A stretch of 63,876 bases of DNA, the filler included, from Hyphochytrium catenoides (lineage: Eukaryota; Protista; Hyphochytriomycota): NCBI GenBank assembly GCA_900088475.1. It is 11 parts of 11 records of this genome, joined end to end, with 100 filler letters (N's around TTAATTAATTAA, not from the genome) between each part and the next. Parts side by side here need not be neighbours in the genome. Positions count along the whole stretch, not along the records: positions 12,792 to 17,579 come from FLMG01003192.1; positions 17,680 to 26,062 come from FLMG01003024.1; 9 more parts are not named here. One strand, given 5' to 3'. The notes below the pieces were generated by a model. The model was not told the DNA's origin. It searched no databases and saw only the letters and a program-made list of their open reading frames with translations. Below, piece by piece: positions 12,792-26,062 of this stretch; position 1 is the stretch's first letter, and each line of letters begins with the position of its first letter. The translations under genes were made by a program, and so were the position numbers.

Positions 12792-13826
12792 AATATTGCC
12801 GTGATTTGGCATCAACGTGGATGTCGCGGGAGCTGAACCCATCCACCCAGAAGTCAGTTTGTCAGCGCAGACCCTGTGACTGTCACAACAATGCTACCTG
12901 AGATAAGCTTGTGCGATCTTCGAATAGCTAGTCTGGGACCTCCAATAGACGTCGCTCTTCTCTCTCCAAAGTCACACCAGTCGTAGGACGTCTCATGAAC
13001 CTTCCCATAGAGCCTAGAACACATCCAGGTTAGTTCCCATTACGGACAAGCTACTAAGGTCTGCGAGCCTTACACTCTCGACAGGACAGTCATCTGTGGA
13101 TGGTCATGAAGTGGTATCACCCCGCCAGGAGGAAGAATAAATATACTGCGATGAAAAATTGTTAGTGCCGGCTTCGCGTAGTTGTGGGCACTGTCTGAAA
13201 GCCGTGCTTACCCCATAGAGAAGAGCTCATCTTCATAAATATGGAGATATTGGATTGGTCTCCGCACCAGTCGATGGCCGTTTCTCTGAAACTCCTCTGG
13301 TGTCGGAACCTTTAGCCCCACTGCAGAATCGTTTTGTCATCAGCAGCCGACCTCTACATTCAGTCAAGAGAGCGCAACCATACCGTCCTCTGCCTGGAGC
13401 CTCTCTAATAGGTCCTTGATCATACTTAAGCTGACCGCATCCAATGCTCTCTCTTCTCTGAGATGTGTTAGCACTGCATCTTTGATCTGCCAGACCAAAC
13501 TTTTTTTCTTTGGAACAGCAACAGGTTCGGGGGGTTTACACGACTGTGTAACACTCCCCGACGCCATCGGAAAGCTGTTGACCAGCATCACGCTAAAGGA
13601 GTTGAGCGCAAGCCCCTCTTTAGAGCGATATTGGGTGTCGATATCGCTTCGCTGCTCTGCCTCCACCCGCGACTCTGAATATTTATCTGCCAGATGCAGT
13701 TTCGAAGCGCTTCTACAGCTAAATGAAGCACAAGCTGTGCAAGCTTCTTCTCTATAAAGTTCTTTCGTTGCCTCTGTCCGTTTGTTAGACTTTCTCCGCA
13801 ACTCATCTCACGAAGTCTCCGCCATC
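12792..13826 (-). pseudogene. Decayed spliced gene of unknown family
   Basis: A 145-aa ORF (13364-13801) is preceded by MAETS*DEL. Downstream exon-like blocks have GTATGG/GTAAGC donors and in-frame stops (RSAADDKTILQWG*RFRHQ; DVF*ALWEGS*DVLRLV*LWREK). Confidence 0.35.
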
Positions 13827-16800
13827 GTTATAATGAAGTGCTGTGGCGGGTTAGAAGTACCAAGAAAGAGAAGGCACACTCTTTTCCTCTCTCCTCCTGT
13901 CCTATCTTTGCTCCGTTTCCTGACAATAATAGTGATAACCTCTCGTCTGCTGCTCTACCTCGCTACACTCTCCTTCTCTTAATCACTCTGTATCGAGGAC
14001 AATGATAGTCTTTCAACTGTTATTTCATAATGCTTTTACACTCTGTCTGTCAGCGCTGTTATCTGTCTCACTTCAGTTGTCAGGTAAGTTGGCCAGGAAG
14101 CCACAGAGAGGAGCCAAAGCAAGGGGTGGAGGTCTACCATGGAAGACTGGGGTTAGCTGTTCGCAAAAGAGAATGTGCCTCAGGAATGACCTGGGACATC
14201 GGAAAATTCCCGTTTTCCAAAGCTTCCAACAGGTACCCCCCTATTACCCATTGTAATATAGGTAGAAGGCATTGTTGAAAGATTCCAGGAGAGAACGACA
14301 CACACGGTCCTTGTACCTTGTACACACCATGCTGAAGTTTGTGGGTTCTGGGAACTCCGTAATGTTGTTGTCCTAACTACTGAGAAAATCAGGGTTCAGA
14401 TTAACGATTAGCTAGGCAATGCCAAACTAGGAAAAGGCAGCACTTGAGCGGAGTAAGGGAAGACCTGCCGTCTCCCACCCACCTCTATTTCTATGGTTGG
14501 GTGGGTGGTGGATTGTTTTTGTAATCTGTCGCGCTGGACTGGATACTGATGAAGAAGCAAGGCAAAAAACAAGGAATAGTCTACCACTAACAAAGCAAGG
14601 AACTAGAGGAATACACAGACATTGCGAGCCAGAACAGATCAGAAGGCGGGTGGGACTGGAGGGTGGGCATAAGGTCCCATCGATTTTCATCTGCCAGTTC
14701 TTGGCTACCAAATATCGTCGTTATATTTTCTTTTTGCTCCTTTGACTCACTAGACACAGGAGAGTCAAGACTAGGACGGACCTAATTTTAACGCCTTTTG
14801 CCCAAGCGAAAAGGGCCTGGTAGTTCTTGAGCTATACAGGTGATGATGTCAGACTTACGCTCTCTTTGGGTCCCGTTACTTTTTATGGCTGGGCCCACTC
14901 TCGCCCCCACCCGGCACTCTCTCTTGTCCCTCCTCTTTTTGCCTGCAGTACCAATTCTCACAGCCAAGATGTACTGCTTTTTGTATGCCATCCCAAGCTC
15001 TGTCTTTGCTGCATAACTGGACTTTCCATTACCTCATGGTATAGTTCCTGGAACGGCCATAGTAGTAGTGGACAGCATGATGAGGGAGGAGTTGAGCAGC
15101 TAGTTGAGCACTCAATGCCGCAGAGGAACTACCCAAGGCCTTTAGTTCTAAGGATTTGTATGTCGGCGCGAACTCTCTTCTTGCTGCTTGCTGTTTCTTG
15201 ATAGAGCCATTTTGTTGTTCTGTTACTATTGCTTTTTGTTGTGTGTCAGCGGCTTGCTGCTGCTTGCAGGCCTTGTCACTTGTGGCTGCCTTCGTGTGCG
15301 GTTGTTGGGATTAACTAAGCTTCCTCCGCTGCTGCTGCTGCGACGATATTCCGAAAAATAACCTTATCGTTAATGTAGCTGATAATGTCATGCTTCAGAG
15401 GCGGAGGAGAGGAAGGTCCTTCGACATGGGAGGGATGGGAAACCTCATGCGTTCATCATCAGTCTTCCATCCCCTCATCTTCTCCTATCATCGAAGTATG
15501 CTGAAATTAAATTATCCTTGAGAGCGCATAGAAAGGAGCTTCCTAAGATACCGACAATGACATTGAACACTGCTGAGCCCTGTCTTTCTCACACTAATAA
15601 AATTTTCCCGAGGACAAAAACGAATCCTCCCTTTCTGCGGTGGTATCTTCTCCTTCAAGATACTACAACTGTACCGGACAACGGCCACTAGCTTCAAAGA
15701 CTTGAAGGTGAGGGAGTGTCTACCCTCGTCGGTCTGCCTTGTAAAAGAGGTCTGCAGTGGTACCTGGGTTCGTTCTTCTGTCTTCTTGCAGGTTCTGTTA
15801 CGGTCACCGATTCTGTTCTAATGACAAAAATAATGGTTCGCCTGGTGATTGGTGGTGGTCAGTAGAAGAGGAGGGAAGAAAGCGCTGATGATGATGGAAG
15901 GGCGGTCGGCCCACAATGAACGAAGGCGGCTGCGGTGTCACAATGGCATCATTCCTCATGTCGTTTATCTGAAGTAAGACATTAACTAACTCTTTTCGTG
16001 GAAGACTCACCGTTTATGTGGCTTCTTTTTTCTTCTCCTGCTGATGACTGTCCTTCCCTTTTCTTTACTCACCATCCAGCAGGTAGGCAACGTTGTCATA
16101 GCAGGACAGCACACACCAAATAGATGATGCGGATCCCCCAACATACAACAGGGAGGAGGCTTATTTATGAACTGTACATGAGCAACAACAGGTTCTTCTT
16201 CGCGGTCCCGATGGCTTTTACCTGGACAAAGAGGGACTAATGTCGAATAGAAGATAATACATAGAGGATGACGAGCCAGTTATTGGTGGTCTGTCGCTTG
16301 GCTGGTCCCAACTCTAGTTACTACTACGGAGTTTTCATTGTGTTAACGTCTTTTGGGATTTCTGTTGCCCGCGCAGTTAGAGGGACACGTCGTGAACATT
16401 AGTGCTAACTTCTGTCATACCTCAGAAGATGAATCCAATCGTTCGTATTATGTTTGCTGCAGCACCAACAGCCCGACGACGCATCCTTGAATATATATAA
16501 AGATAGGATTTGTTCTTCTTCATCGCTTGTTGTGTCTCAAAGAGGTGATTAGCAGATCACTAGGCTTGGTGAGTTCCTCCTCCATCAACGCCATAGAAAA
16601 CGGCAATGGAAATAGAGCAGAATCCGCTTTCTTCCCTCTTACCCTCAACACTGAATGATAATGTAACATACAAGTGATTCCCTAGAGTTTAGAAAAATGA
16701 ATGTTGTTGCTTCTCTCTACTTTTGTTCCTCTTCTTTCCTTTCTTTTTTGACGACAACGAGAAGGACAACCATGTCATTAACCTGCCACCCCTTCTGGTT

Positions 16801-17756
16801 ACTACTCTTATTATTTTTTTGAAACTTGTATAAATTGTATCGGTGATCTCCTCCTCATCTCCTTGCTCATCATCATCATGCAGTCTTATTATTCAGCGTT
16901 TTGTTGGTTGGTTGAGATGTTGATGGCACGTAGGTGGTGGCTATGCAGCCTAACAATAGGAATAGAAGATAAAGGAGCGCTGGTGCAAGAAGGATTATCA
17001 TCATTATTGTCCAACAATCACAAGCAATCGATGGGTTTGTTGGCCTGTTGTTGCCGACAAGAAATAGCTGCCGGTAATAAGAGGAGGAGGGAGCCCTCCT
17101 AGAGTCTACTGAGTATCCTTTATCAAACTTGTTTCTGGTGATGAGAAGAATGTCCTGCCAGTTATTATGACGAAGCAAGCTTTGACTGCTTATACGGAGT
17201 ATATCATTCTCTTTCTTTCGTAACAACAAGAAAGTGCACTACTAGCTCAACGATGATGGTGCGGAAGTCATAAGGAGGTCACTTGACAAGAACAGCTGGA
17301 CCAAAGGAAAAGCAGCTGATTGACGAGCACCGAGAAGGTGACAACACTAGCATCCTTCCACAGGCGGATGTCACAACTATGATATCTTTTGCTGCCTTGT
17401 TCACGGTGACGGTGGCGCAGCAGAAGAAGATGAATGATGAGAGAGACACCTTTCTTCTGCTGCTTTTTGCTCTCCTTTTTTGTTGAAGGTGCAGGCTTAC
17501 TACTACGACGAATGCTGGATGGAAGAGGAGGTAGACTAGTATTAGTGCAAGATGAGCTAATAACCTTCACAAGCAGCGANNNNNNNNNNNNNNNNNNNNN
17601 NNNNNNNNNNNNNNNNNNNNNNNTTAATTAATTAANNNNNNNNNNNNNNNNNNNNNNNNNNNNNNNNNNNNNNNNNNNNACAGCTCTTCCTTTGTATTAG
17701 CACCGATTGGCGTCTGCTTCTCTCATGTTTTATGTGTGACTTCCTCATATTCACAG

Positions 17757-20700
17757 GCAATGAAGAAAATGAGGAGGAAGGGGTTTGGGCAGAGCTTCAT
17801 GATAACGAGGAGGGGCCACTGATGCGTCAAGAGGATCAGGAGAGGGGCATGGAGGCTGCTAGCCCTCTGGCAAGTGGCAAGCGCCTGAAAGACAAGTTAA
17901 TAGAAGTAAGTCCTAAGTTCTTTCCCTAACAAGAGCTTCTGAACGTCAATGTTGAGTTTCTGTCATGCTCACCTTCAGTTCCTTTGGTTGCGCTTGGCTT
18001 TCTCTGCTTTCTTGTCCAGGTGATATCAGACCGAAGAAGGAAGTCAAAGCAGGGAAAAAAGAAGGAGAAAGCCAGAAGGATGCACATGTCTACAACTGCA
18101 GGTTTTGGGCTTCTGCAAGAAGATGAAGATGAGACGGCCAGCTTCCCTGAAGTAAGAGTGAACTGGAGATGGCGCGAGCGCGCCCGCTTGTCAATTTTTG
18201 AGTATCTGGACTGGGAAGGACGTAGAAAAGCTTCCCTCCGTCTGCCTCATCCTTAGACCCGGCTGTATAACCTATCTCCTTTCTGCTACCCTCATCACTT
18301 TCTCCCCTCTGGCCCCTTTCTAACGGATTGTGACTCTCTCTTTGTCTGACTCGTGACAGGAATGGGGCCTGGTCTCCAACTTGGACGTCTTCTTCTCCAA
18401 TTTATACAAGTTTTACTACAATAAGGGCGTGTACAGCATTATCGCTGCCGGAGTCATGAACCAGCTCACTCTGGCTTTCACTATCATACTCTCTACCTTC
18501 CTCTTAGCTTTCGTCAACTGGGGAAAGCTGACAGGTAACGCTTTTTCTTCTCTGCCACCCGGACGCATCTTTTCCTCCTCCGCAATCTCTGAACGGCTGC
18601 TCACTTTTTGCCCACCTGTGACAGACGGCTCATGCTCTGTATCCGTTCTATCAGCAGCCTTCTTACGAGTCTCCATTTGCTTTACACCCTACCCTCTTTG
18701 TCCTAAAGTGTCAACCTCTTGTTCTTTGATTTTTGCTAGAGCGGACTCGTAGTACTCTATCCATCGATTCTGCCATTAGTTTGCTCTGCATTCCGAGACG
18801 GGTCCTCTTGCGTGTTTCGCTCTATTCTTGTCTGATCTTCTCTTGCAACGTCTTAGAATGTGTGGACGAGCATTGCGGTCATCTCTCGGATTATATCGTG
18901 TGGGATGCGTTTAGCCGACCGTCTCTCTACACTCTCATGGTCTTTTTCTACTTCATCCTCTTCTGCATGTATTGGGCATGGACAATGATTGGGTAAGCGG
19001 TGATCAGCTGTTCTTTCCTTGCCTACCTTGGGAAGCCATCCTGTTTGCCTGTTGTCTTTAATGTTCGCCTTTTCCTAGGCTGGTCGCCTCGGCGCGCGAC
19101 GCGTTGGAGATGCATCGCTTCTATGAAGAAGTCCTAAAGATCCAAAACAGAGATTTGCAGACGATGAAGTGGAGTCAAGTTGTGACGAGGCTCTTGGAGC
19201 TCCAGGAGGGAGGAAGTGCCAGTAAGCTGAGATTTGCTATTCTGTCTTTTTATGTCGCATTAACCTTTCTTCAGACTCATTTGGTTTCTCGTGTTTATGT
19301 ATTCGCACTCTGTCATGGCCACTTGCATTTGAACCTGCGTCATCATGGTCAACAGGAGAGGTCGTAGAGGTGCTTGGGAATTAACTACTCACTAGTGTCA
19401 GTCGGTCGGCGTCATATGGACTTAAATGTTGCTTCCCTCCTTTCCTGCTCCGTCCTCGCCTTAACAGCCTCCTTCAAGATTCAGATCAACAAACAGAAGA
19501 TCTCTCCTCTAGATATCGCTCTCCGCGTTATGCGCAAGGACAACTACCTGATTGCATTTTTCTCCAAGCAAGTCCTTGACCTCTCTATCCCCCTACCTAG
19601 TTTCATCGCCACAAAGGTCAGTGTCACGTTTCAACTGGCGCGGGGAAGATTGTCTTTCATCGTAGCCTTACGAGCAACATTAGCCTCGTTCTGTCCTACG
19701 AGCAAACAGTAAGCTCCTCTGCCTGAAGAGTATGCCTCCATCTCTGGCATGTTCCCCTATGAATCAACTGTGTTCTAACTCACTCCCAAATGCGTCTCTT
19801 TCTGTCTCTGCTACGAAACATATACTCTCTCACGGCCCAGGGTCATTCTCACATCTACCTCACTCGGATCCTTGAGTGGAATCTCCACTTCTGCATCCTG
19901 AATCACATGTTTACGGATAGATTTACCATCAGACGGCGGTTCCTCATGGACGTTGAAGGGCTGAAGAAGAGGTAGCTATCGACCTTCAGCTCCCGAATTT
20001 CAGCTCCATCACGCTTGTCTGCAGCACCATATAGTTCTGTCTTGCTCTCTCTTTCTTGCCGTGCAAACTTTCTTGGTAACCCAGACTAACTGAAATTCGT
20101 TTCCACCACTGACCTTTTTAATAGGTTCTGGTTAGCGGGGCTCTTCAACTTAGCCTTCCTCCCCTTCATGATCCTGTTCATAGTCATCAACTTCTTCCTG
20201 AAAAATGCTCAGGAGTGGCATTCTCAAAGGGCATATCTGGGCCCTCGTCAGTGGTCCACTTACGCGCTCTGGCTCTTCAGGGACTACAACGAGCTTCCAC
20301 ATGTATTTGAAAAAAGGTAGGAGTACGCGGCAGAGTGAAGGCTCATCTGTATCATTTCTTGGGATTACTCTGTACGCTGTGCTCCTCATGGACCTGTAAC
20401 TCTGACCGCATGCGACCCTTTGTTCTCAGAATCAATGCGAGTTATCCTTATGCCGTTAAGTATCAGAACCAGTTTCCGACTCCAGTGCTCTCTATTGTTG
20501 CTCGGGGCATCGCCTTCGTTACGGGTTCGATCATCGCCGTTCTGCTTCTCTTCTCCTTGATTGAGGTAGGTGTTCCAGATAGTCCTGACTGTGTTACAGT
20601 TATCCCGGTGCCTGCCATGGACATATTTTCGATGTCTTCACGAGTCTTCTCCTTCCCGTTGTGCTGAAAGTCCCATTCATTAACATGCTCCTCATCTCGT

Positions 20701-23157
20701 AGTGAGATAGCGGATGTGTGGTAGTCTTTCTATCTGGGCTGGTCTTGCTGTTTATCTCTTTCGCCTGTTGGTCCTGCACATTGCTTGCATTTTGTTCTAT
20801 GTCTGGTCCTTTGCGCTGGCTAACCCCCATTGTTATCTGTACAGGATAGTATCACTTTGCACTTGAAGATTTTCGACCGGAATCCGATCTGGTACTTGAC
20901 CGTATTCTCGGCACTCTTTGCGGTTGCTCGCTCCTTCATCCCAACTCCCGAAGATCAGGTCTTCGCCCCTGAGCAGGCGATGCTGACGTTGGCCTCATAC
21001 ACCCACTACATGCCAAAGAGATGGCGGAACAATTGCCACAGGTAAGCGCCAAGACTATTGACGACGGAGATGGAGGTGATGAGTGGGAGACAACTTTAGA
21101 ACAGATGTAAGAAAAAATATGTTGGGCTCGAAATAGAACGAAATCTCCCCACACTCAAGCGATAATATCGCAAGACAGAGGAAGGTGTCGGGCAGGAGCA
21201 CTAGACAAGGGAATTTCACCTACCACTGCCACAAAATATGGACTAGACAAGAGGACAACTCCGCAATGTGTCGGAGTAGGGAAAGACGTTAGTCGCCAAA
21301 GGTTTCCGGGATAAGAGATTTGACTGCGTATAACTCTCCTTTCTGGCTTGCCATCGCGATTGATGTCGACTCTTATTTATAGTGGTCTAACATGCTCACA
21401 CTTTCCTTTCTGTGCAATCCTGCTCCGACACCACCATATCTGTCTAATCTCAGCTATGACGTTCGTGACGAGTTCTTCGAGTTGTTCCAGTACAAGGCAG
21501 GGCTATTCTTGTGGGAAGTCATCTCCGTCATTATGACGCCGTATGTTCTCTGTGTCAAGTTGCCTGCCTGTGCAGAGAATATTACCAAGTTTGTCGCTGA
21601 ACACACCGTAGATGTGGAAGGTAAGAAGTATCTTGATTGCTCCTTGATCTCCGTCTTGCCATGCTGATTCTCTCCGAGGTAAATATCGTGCGAACGAGTT
21701 TAGCTATCGCATTGCTTCAAATATATCTCGGTTCAGATCCCTCCATTTATCTAGCTGTCTGGTTGCCTTCTAGTGCAAGGGCTGTTACTATCGAGACTTC
21801 TTCCTCAGCTTGCCTATCAGTAACAGCTATACTTTTTAGGGGTGGGCGCTGTATGTGGGTACGCCCTCTTTGACTTCAAAAAGTACGGAAACAAATACTA
21901 CGGAGTGGTGCAGGGTGAAAGTAAGTGCAGCTCTATTGCCTTGAAATTTACCTGACGGCTCCTTTCTACTTCCTAGACGGCTAAGAGCCAGAGGGTTAGC
22001 CAGCCATCAGTAGTGTTATTGACCCCTTACACTGCATATTTGCGTCGGTTTTCTTGAGTATCCCAACTCGTCCCACTGCCGATGAGGCTGGGCCCTTGCC
22101 GGTTATGTTGACGACAGCTTGGTTACCTCATTACTGAGATGTATTTGTGCTCCTGTCAGGTGCGAGTCCCGAGGCACAAGTGGAGGAGGATCAGGGCAAA
22201 CTGGAGAGGAGCTATCTTAACTTTAAGGAGAATCATCCAGAATGGGAAGGTAGAAACTGCGTAGGCATCAGTGTGAGCTTTTATTCCTTTTCTAAACCCC
22301 GGCCCTCTTTTAATTATAGGGAGCACAACGGGAGAGGCCATGGTGGCAAAGGTGCAAGCGTATCAGAAACGGCAGAATGCGCTGGCATTAGAAAAGAGCT
22401 TGTCTTCTCTCTCTGCCTCTCTCCATCTCACTCCGACTTCTGGGGCGCTGTTTGAACAAGCGAAAGATCTCTCTCGCTCCAATGCTTACCTTAGGCAGCG
22501 GCACCAAGGGGCTGGTGAGGGTAAGAAACCTTGTAGCATATTGAGGTTATTCGTAGATGTATGTCGGAAGGGAGGAAAGAGAGAAAGAGAGAGAGAGAGA
22601 GAACGAGAGAGAGAGAGGATGCGTGTGCTCGCGCGCTGGAAAGAGAGAACTTCCAACTTTGGACTTGAGGTTTATTGTCGGAGCACGAAGAAGACTTCAC
22701 GCATTTGGGATGGAGTAGAAGTAGTCTGACCCTAGTTTCCATATTCCTTCCCTCCTTTATTACTCGTTTCGACTTCGTTAGTAGAGAAAGAAGGACACTC
22801 TCCGCCGCTGGAAGAAAGCTCAAAAGCCAGAGACCGGGCTCAAAGCTTTCCCCACAGCCAGGATTTGGGGGCATCGTACAGCGACGCCGCAGGCGGCCTG
22901 GGCCTATCTATGCAATACCTCCAATCGCTTACGGCTGCAGGAGGCAATGAGAACCACTTCTATTGGCTTGAAAAGGTGCCCATAGGATGTCCATTTTCCT
23001 CTGCTCTCTCATGAGCTCTCAGTCATAGCAGTTGCTTAAAACACCCTTGTGCTTCCTCTATATGCAGATGTATCAAGCACAGATGGATGGAGAGGAAATC
23101 GAGTTTACACCGCTCCAGCCCACTACCGTGCTTCCTAGCGACAACCATGCCATGTAA
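17757..23157 (+). CDS. ATG9: Autophagy-related protein 9 (lipid scramblase), ~16 exons, 5' end lost at spacer
   Basis: Spliced motifs: WGLVSNLDVFFSNLYKFYYNKG, ISPLDIALRVMRKDNYLIAF, YLTRILEWNLHFCI, YLGPRQWSTYALWLFRDYNELPHVFEKRINASY, THYMPKRWR, VEGVGAVCGYALFDF, GKLERSYLNFKENHPEW. Stop TAA at 23155-23157. Confidence 0.96.
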
Positions 23158-23704
23158 AGAGGCGTTCCGCCTAGAGGAGAGAATGGTCGAGATTGAAATC
23201 AAGCCAATAGGGACAGCCAGTCGAGAGCGGGCTACTTGGTAATTCTCTCTCCTTCTTCATAAATAAAGAGAAGCGCTGTCTCTCTCCCTGCCATTGTTCG
23301 GGTCCATTGAGATTTAGCGCAGAAGTAGAGAGTTTGTTTGGGTCTTGCGGCCACTGCTCTAGCAACTTGAACGCATTCTACCACCTTGCGGGCCAGGTCC
23401 CTGGTCGTCGCCGTTGTACCCTGGACCGTTCTGTAGTAGTGGAGAAAAGAAGCTGGGCCTCCAGTGGCAGTAGTCGTTCTATAAGAGCCACAAGCTATCG
23501 GGGCCGGTAAACTGCTAGTCGCATCGAAAAAAAGCATGATTCTGGTCGAGGATTCTTATGGCATGCACTTCCTTTCTTGTCCTTCCCTTTCTTCCTCTTC
23601 GGAATCTTGCTGTAGGTTGGCGCTCTTTCAGAGCTTTGACCTTCTTTCCTTATCGTGGCCTACCCAGCTGGACTTCCGACAAGCTGGCTTTGAGATAGTT
23701 GGCT

Positions 23705-26062
23705 TTAACAGGCCAATCTGTCTAGGGACTGTATGATGATTCCCTGAAGTTTCTCTCCTAAGGATATCTTCTCCGTCTCCTTCGTGGTGAGCACCAGAGA
23801 AATTTGCTCAAGAGAAATGTGTCTACCAGACTGGAACCTAACTGTGAGTGCCTTAAAATACTCCCAGTTCATTGGCAGCCCTGCGCTCTGGGTTGCGAGA
23901 AAGAGAAGCTGACGATCAGTGAAGGAGAGAGGTCGGCCTTGGAGGATCATTGCAATGATCATCACTGTTAGGACCTGCAAGGCATAAAGCGGTTAGTGCC
24001 AGTCTTTTGGCAGCGTCAGTACCGATCCAGAAGGAGCCGGCAGCACTAATATGAAAGGAGACTCCAAAAAAATCGCCAGACAATGGGCAGAGTAAGAGAA
24101 GGGCCTAGATCAAGAGAGCAAAAGTTGGGCCCAAGGGGTTTAGCGATAAAAAGAAGGTCCATACGAGACAGGCGGATAGGTAGGGGAAGAACAGAACGGG
24201 TAAGGAAACAGTGGAGAACGCCAGCTGCTCTTTACCGGCCTACAGCTCTCCGGGTCCTTGGCTTGCACCAAGAGTTTCTTGAACTCCTGTATGTCATCGA
24301 TTCCCTGAGCATCCTTCATGCTTGGGTCATCAAGACTACAGAAGTGAACAGAAGGCTGCAGTCAGAATAGAGCCCTATTTTGATCTTTCTGCCAGGGCTC
24401 CTCTGTCTGATGACTCTCTTCTTTTCTCTGCCTCTCTCGCTCATTCCTCTTTCTCTGTAGTTATACAACTCTTGCTTTATCTACCTTGCAATTCTGTCTT
24501 CAGTCTATCTCTTATTCTCTCTCTTTCAGTCTCCCTTTCTCTGCCTCCATCGGGTAGGTATCATTCTCCTTCTTGTCTTCTTGCTCTGTTCCTCCTTTTC
24601 GTCTCCTCTGTCAGCTACTTCACATTACCCTTTGGTGACGTTATAATACCGCCACAAGCTATCAAGCAGGACCGCTAGGTTAGGATGAAACTCTTTGTTG
24701 TGCACCACGACCACTCCCACGGCGCGAATCATTTGCAAGCGAGTGGCTGGGAGCATTGTTCCTGAGGACATTAGCCCCTGGAGCCATTCCATTGTAAGGG
24801 CAGGACCAGTGGCAATCTGAAGAGCACGCGTGCATTTGGTGAGGGTCGAGAGTGACAGAGAGAGGAAACTAATGAGAGAGGACGGACGGATTGTATTTGA
24901 GAGAAAAAGAGATCCTCTCGTGTGTTGACGTTGCGACAGCGGAGTAGGACAGCAAAAATAATGGGGAATCAGCCAAAGGTAGGTAGCTAGCTGTTCGACA
25001 TCGCTCGCAAGATCGAGAAGATGGAAGGAAAGGAACAGAGATCTTTCCAAGGAGGAGGTTCCACAGTCAGTCACAGAGGATATTGTAAGCCTGGAGAAAA
25101 GTAGTTCAAGGTGCCCTTACTTTCCAAAGGGAATATGGAAGCAGGGCACAGACCGAAAAGAGGCACAGGGCGGCAAGATAAGTGACACGGAGAGAAGATC
25201 AGAGAGATGCAAAGAGGATAGAAAGGGAGAGAGACAATCAGACAGGGAAAGGGAGAGCGAGTTATCGCGAGAGCGAGATAGCAACGAACACTGCTTGAGC
25301 TGTATGCTTACAATCTGGATTTGCCTGTTGATGGCGACCATGACGAGGGCATTCATAGTTGAGTTGACAGGGATGGCAAACAAGTCCAAAAGCTCCTTAG
25401 CTGCCGCTCTCCATATGAGGCGCTTGACCACCAACTTCACGACAAATGTCAGGAGGCCACGCTTCAGCTTGTACCAGACCAATATGATCATCTGGTTGCA
25501 GGCAGAAAGACTCATCAGCCAGAGAACAGTCAAGTACACAATGGACTCAGGCTTATCTCAGTTCCGAGAACATTTGCGAAGACGTGGCATAGGAAGACCC
25601 TGTGACAAAGGAACAAGTCTTTTACCTGCTTCCATGCAGGGTAGGCCCTCAATGGGTTCACGTTATAGGCTTTTTCGGTTGAGTTACCCACCTGAGCAGA
25701 GCAAGCAAGGGTAAACGTCTAAATGAGACGGCAGGTCTGAGGTGTCAAGGGAGATTTTAATAATTGAAAGAGTGCTAAGAACTAGAGGTTAGAGTTCTAG
25801 CAGGAAACAGAAGGGGAAGAGCGTCAATGTGTAACAAGGCTCGCCAAAGTCAGAGGGACATGGCAGAGATTGGACTTGGTACTGTCAGAAGAACGAGGAG
25901 AGATCGCAATCAACGGTCTAAGCGGGAGAAGTGAGATGGTGGCTCCTAAGGAAACCTGTAGCGCAGCCCTGGCTAGAGACGCCAAGATGAAGACCCGATC
26001 CTTGTCCGCTGGCCACAGCTCTAGCCGTGTGACCAGACAAACTTGCATAGTAATATGTAGGG
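23705..26062 (-). CDS. Conserved membrane protein resembling the LBF_2804-like family; 6 exons seen, 5' truncated
   Basis: Spliced reading: LELWPADKDRVFILASLARAALQ|VGNSTEKAYNVNPL..|..YKLKRGLLTFVVKLVVKRLIWRAAAK..AIPVNSTMNALVM..|IATGP..IRAVGVVVVHNKEFHPNLAVLL|..|VLTVMIIAMILQG..RLAC*. The gene model is solid; the family name is from recollection and needs an HMM check. Confidence 0.75.

Noticed and set aside
12818-12890. tRNA-like stretch on the minus strand (TGTTGTG...GGGTTCAGCTCCCGCGACATCCA)
   Set aside because: A 7-bp acceptor-like pairing exists, but there are too few bases for a T-stem, the B box is imperfect and there is no anticodon arm.
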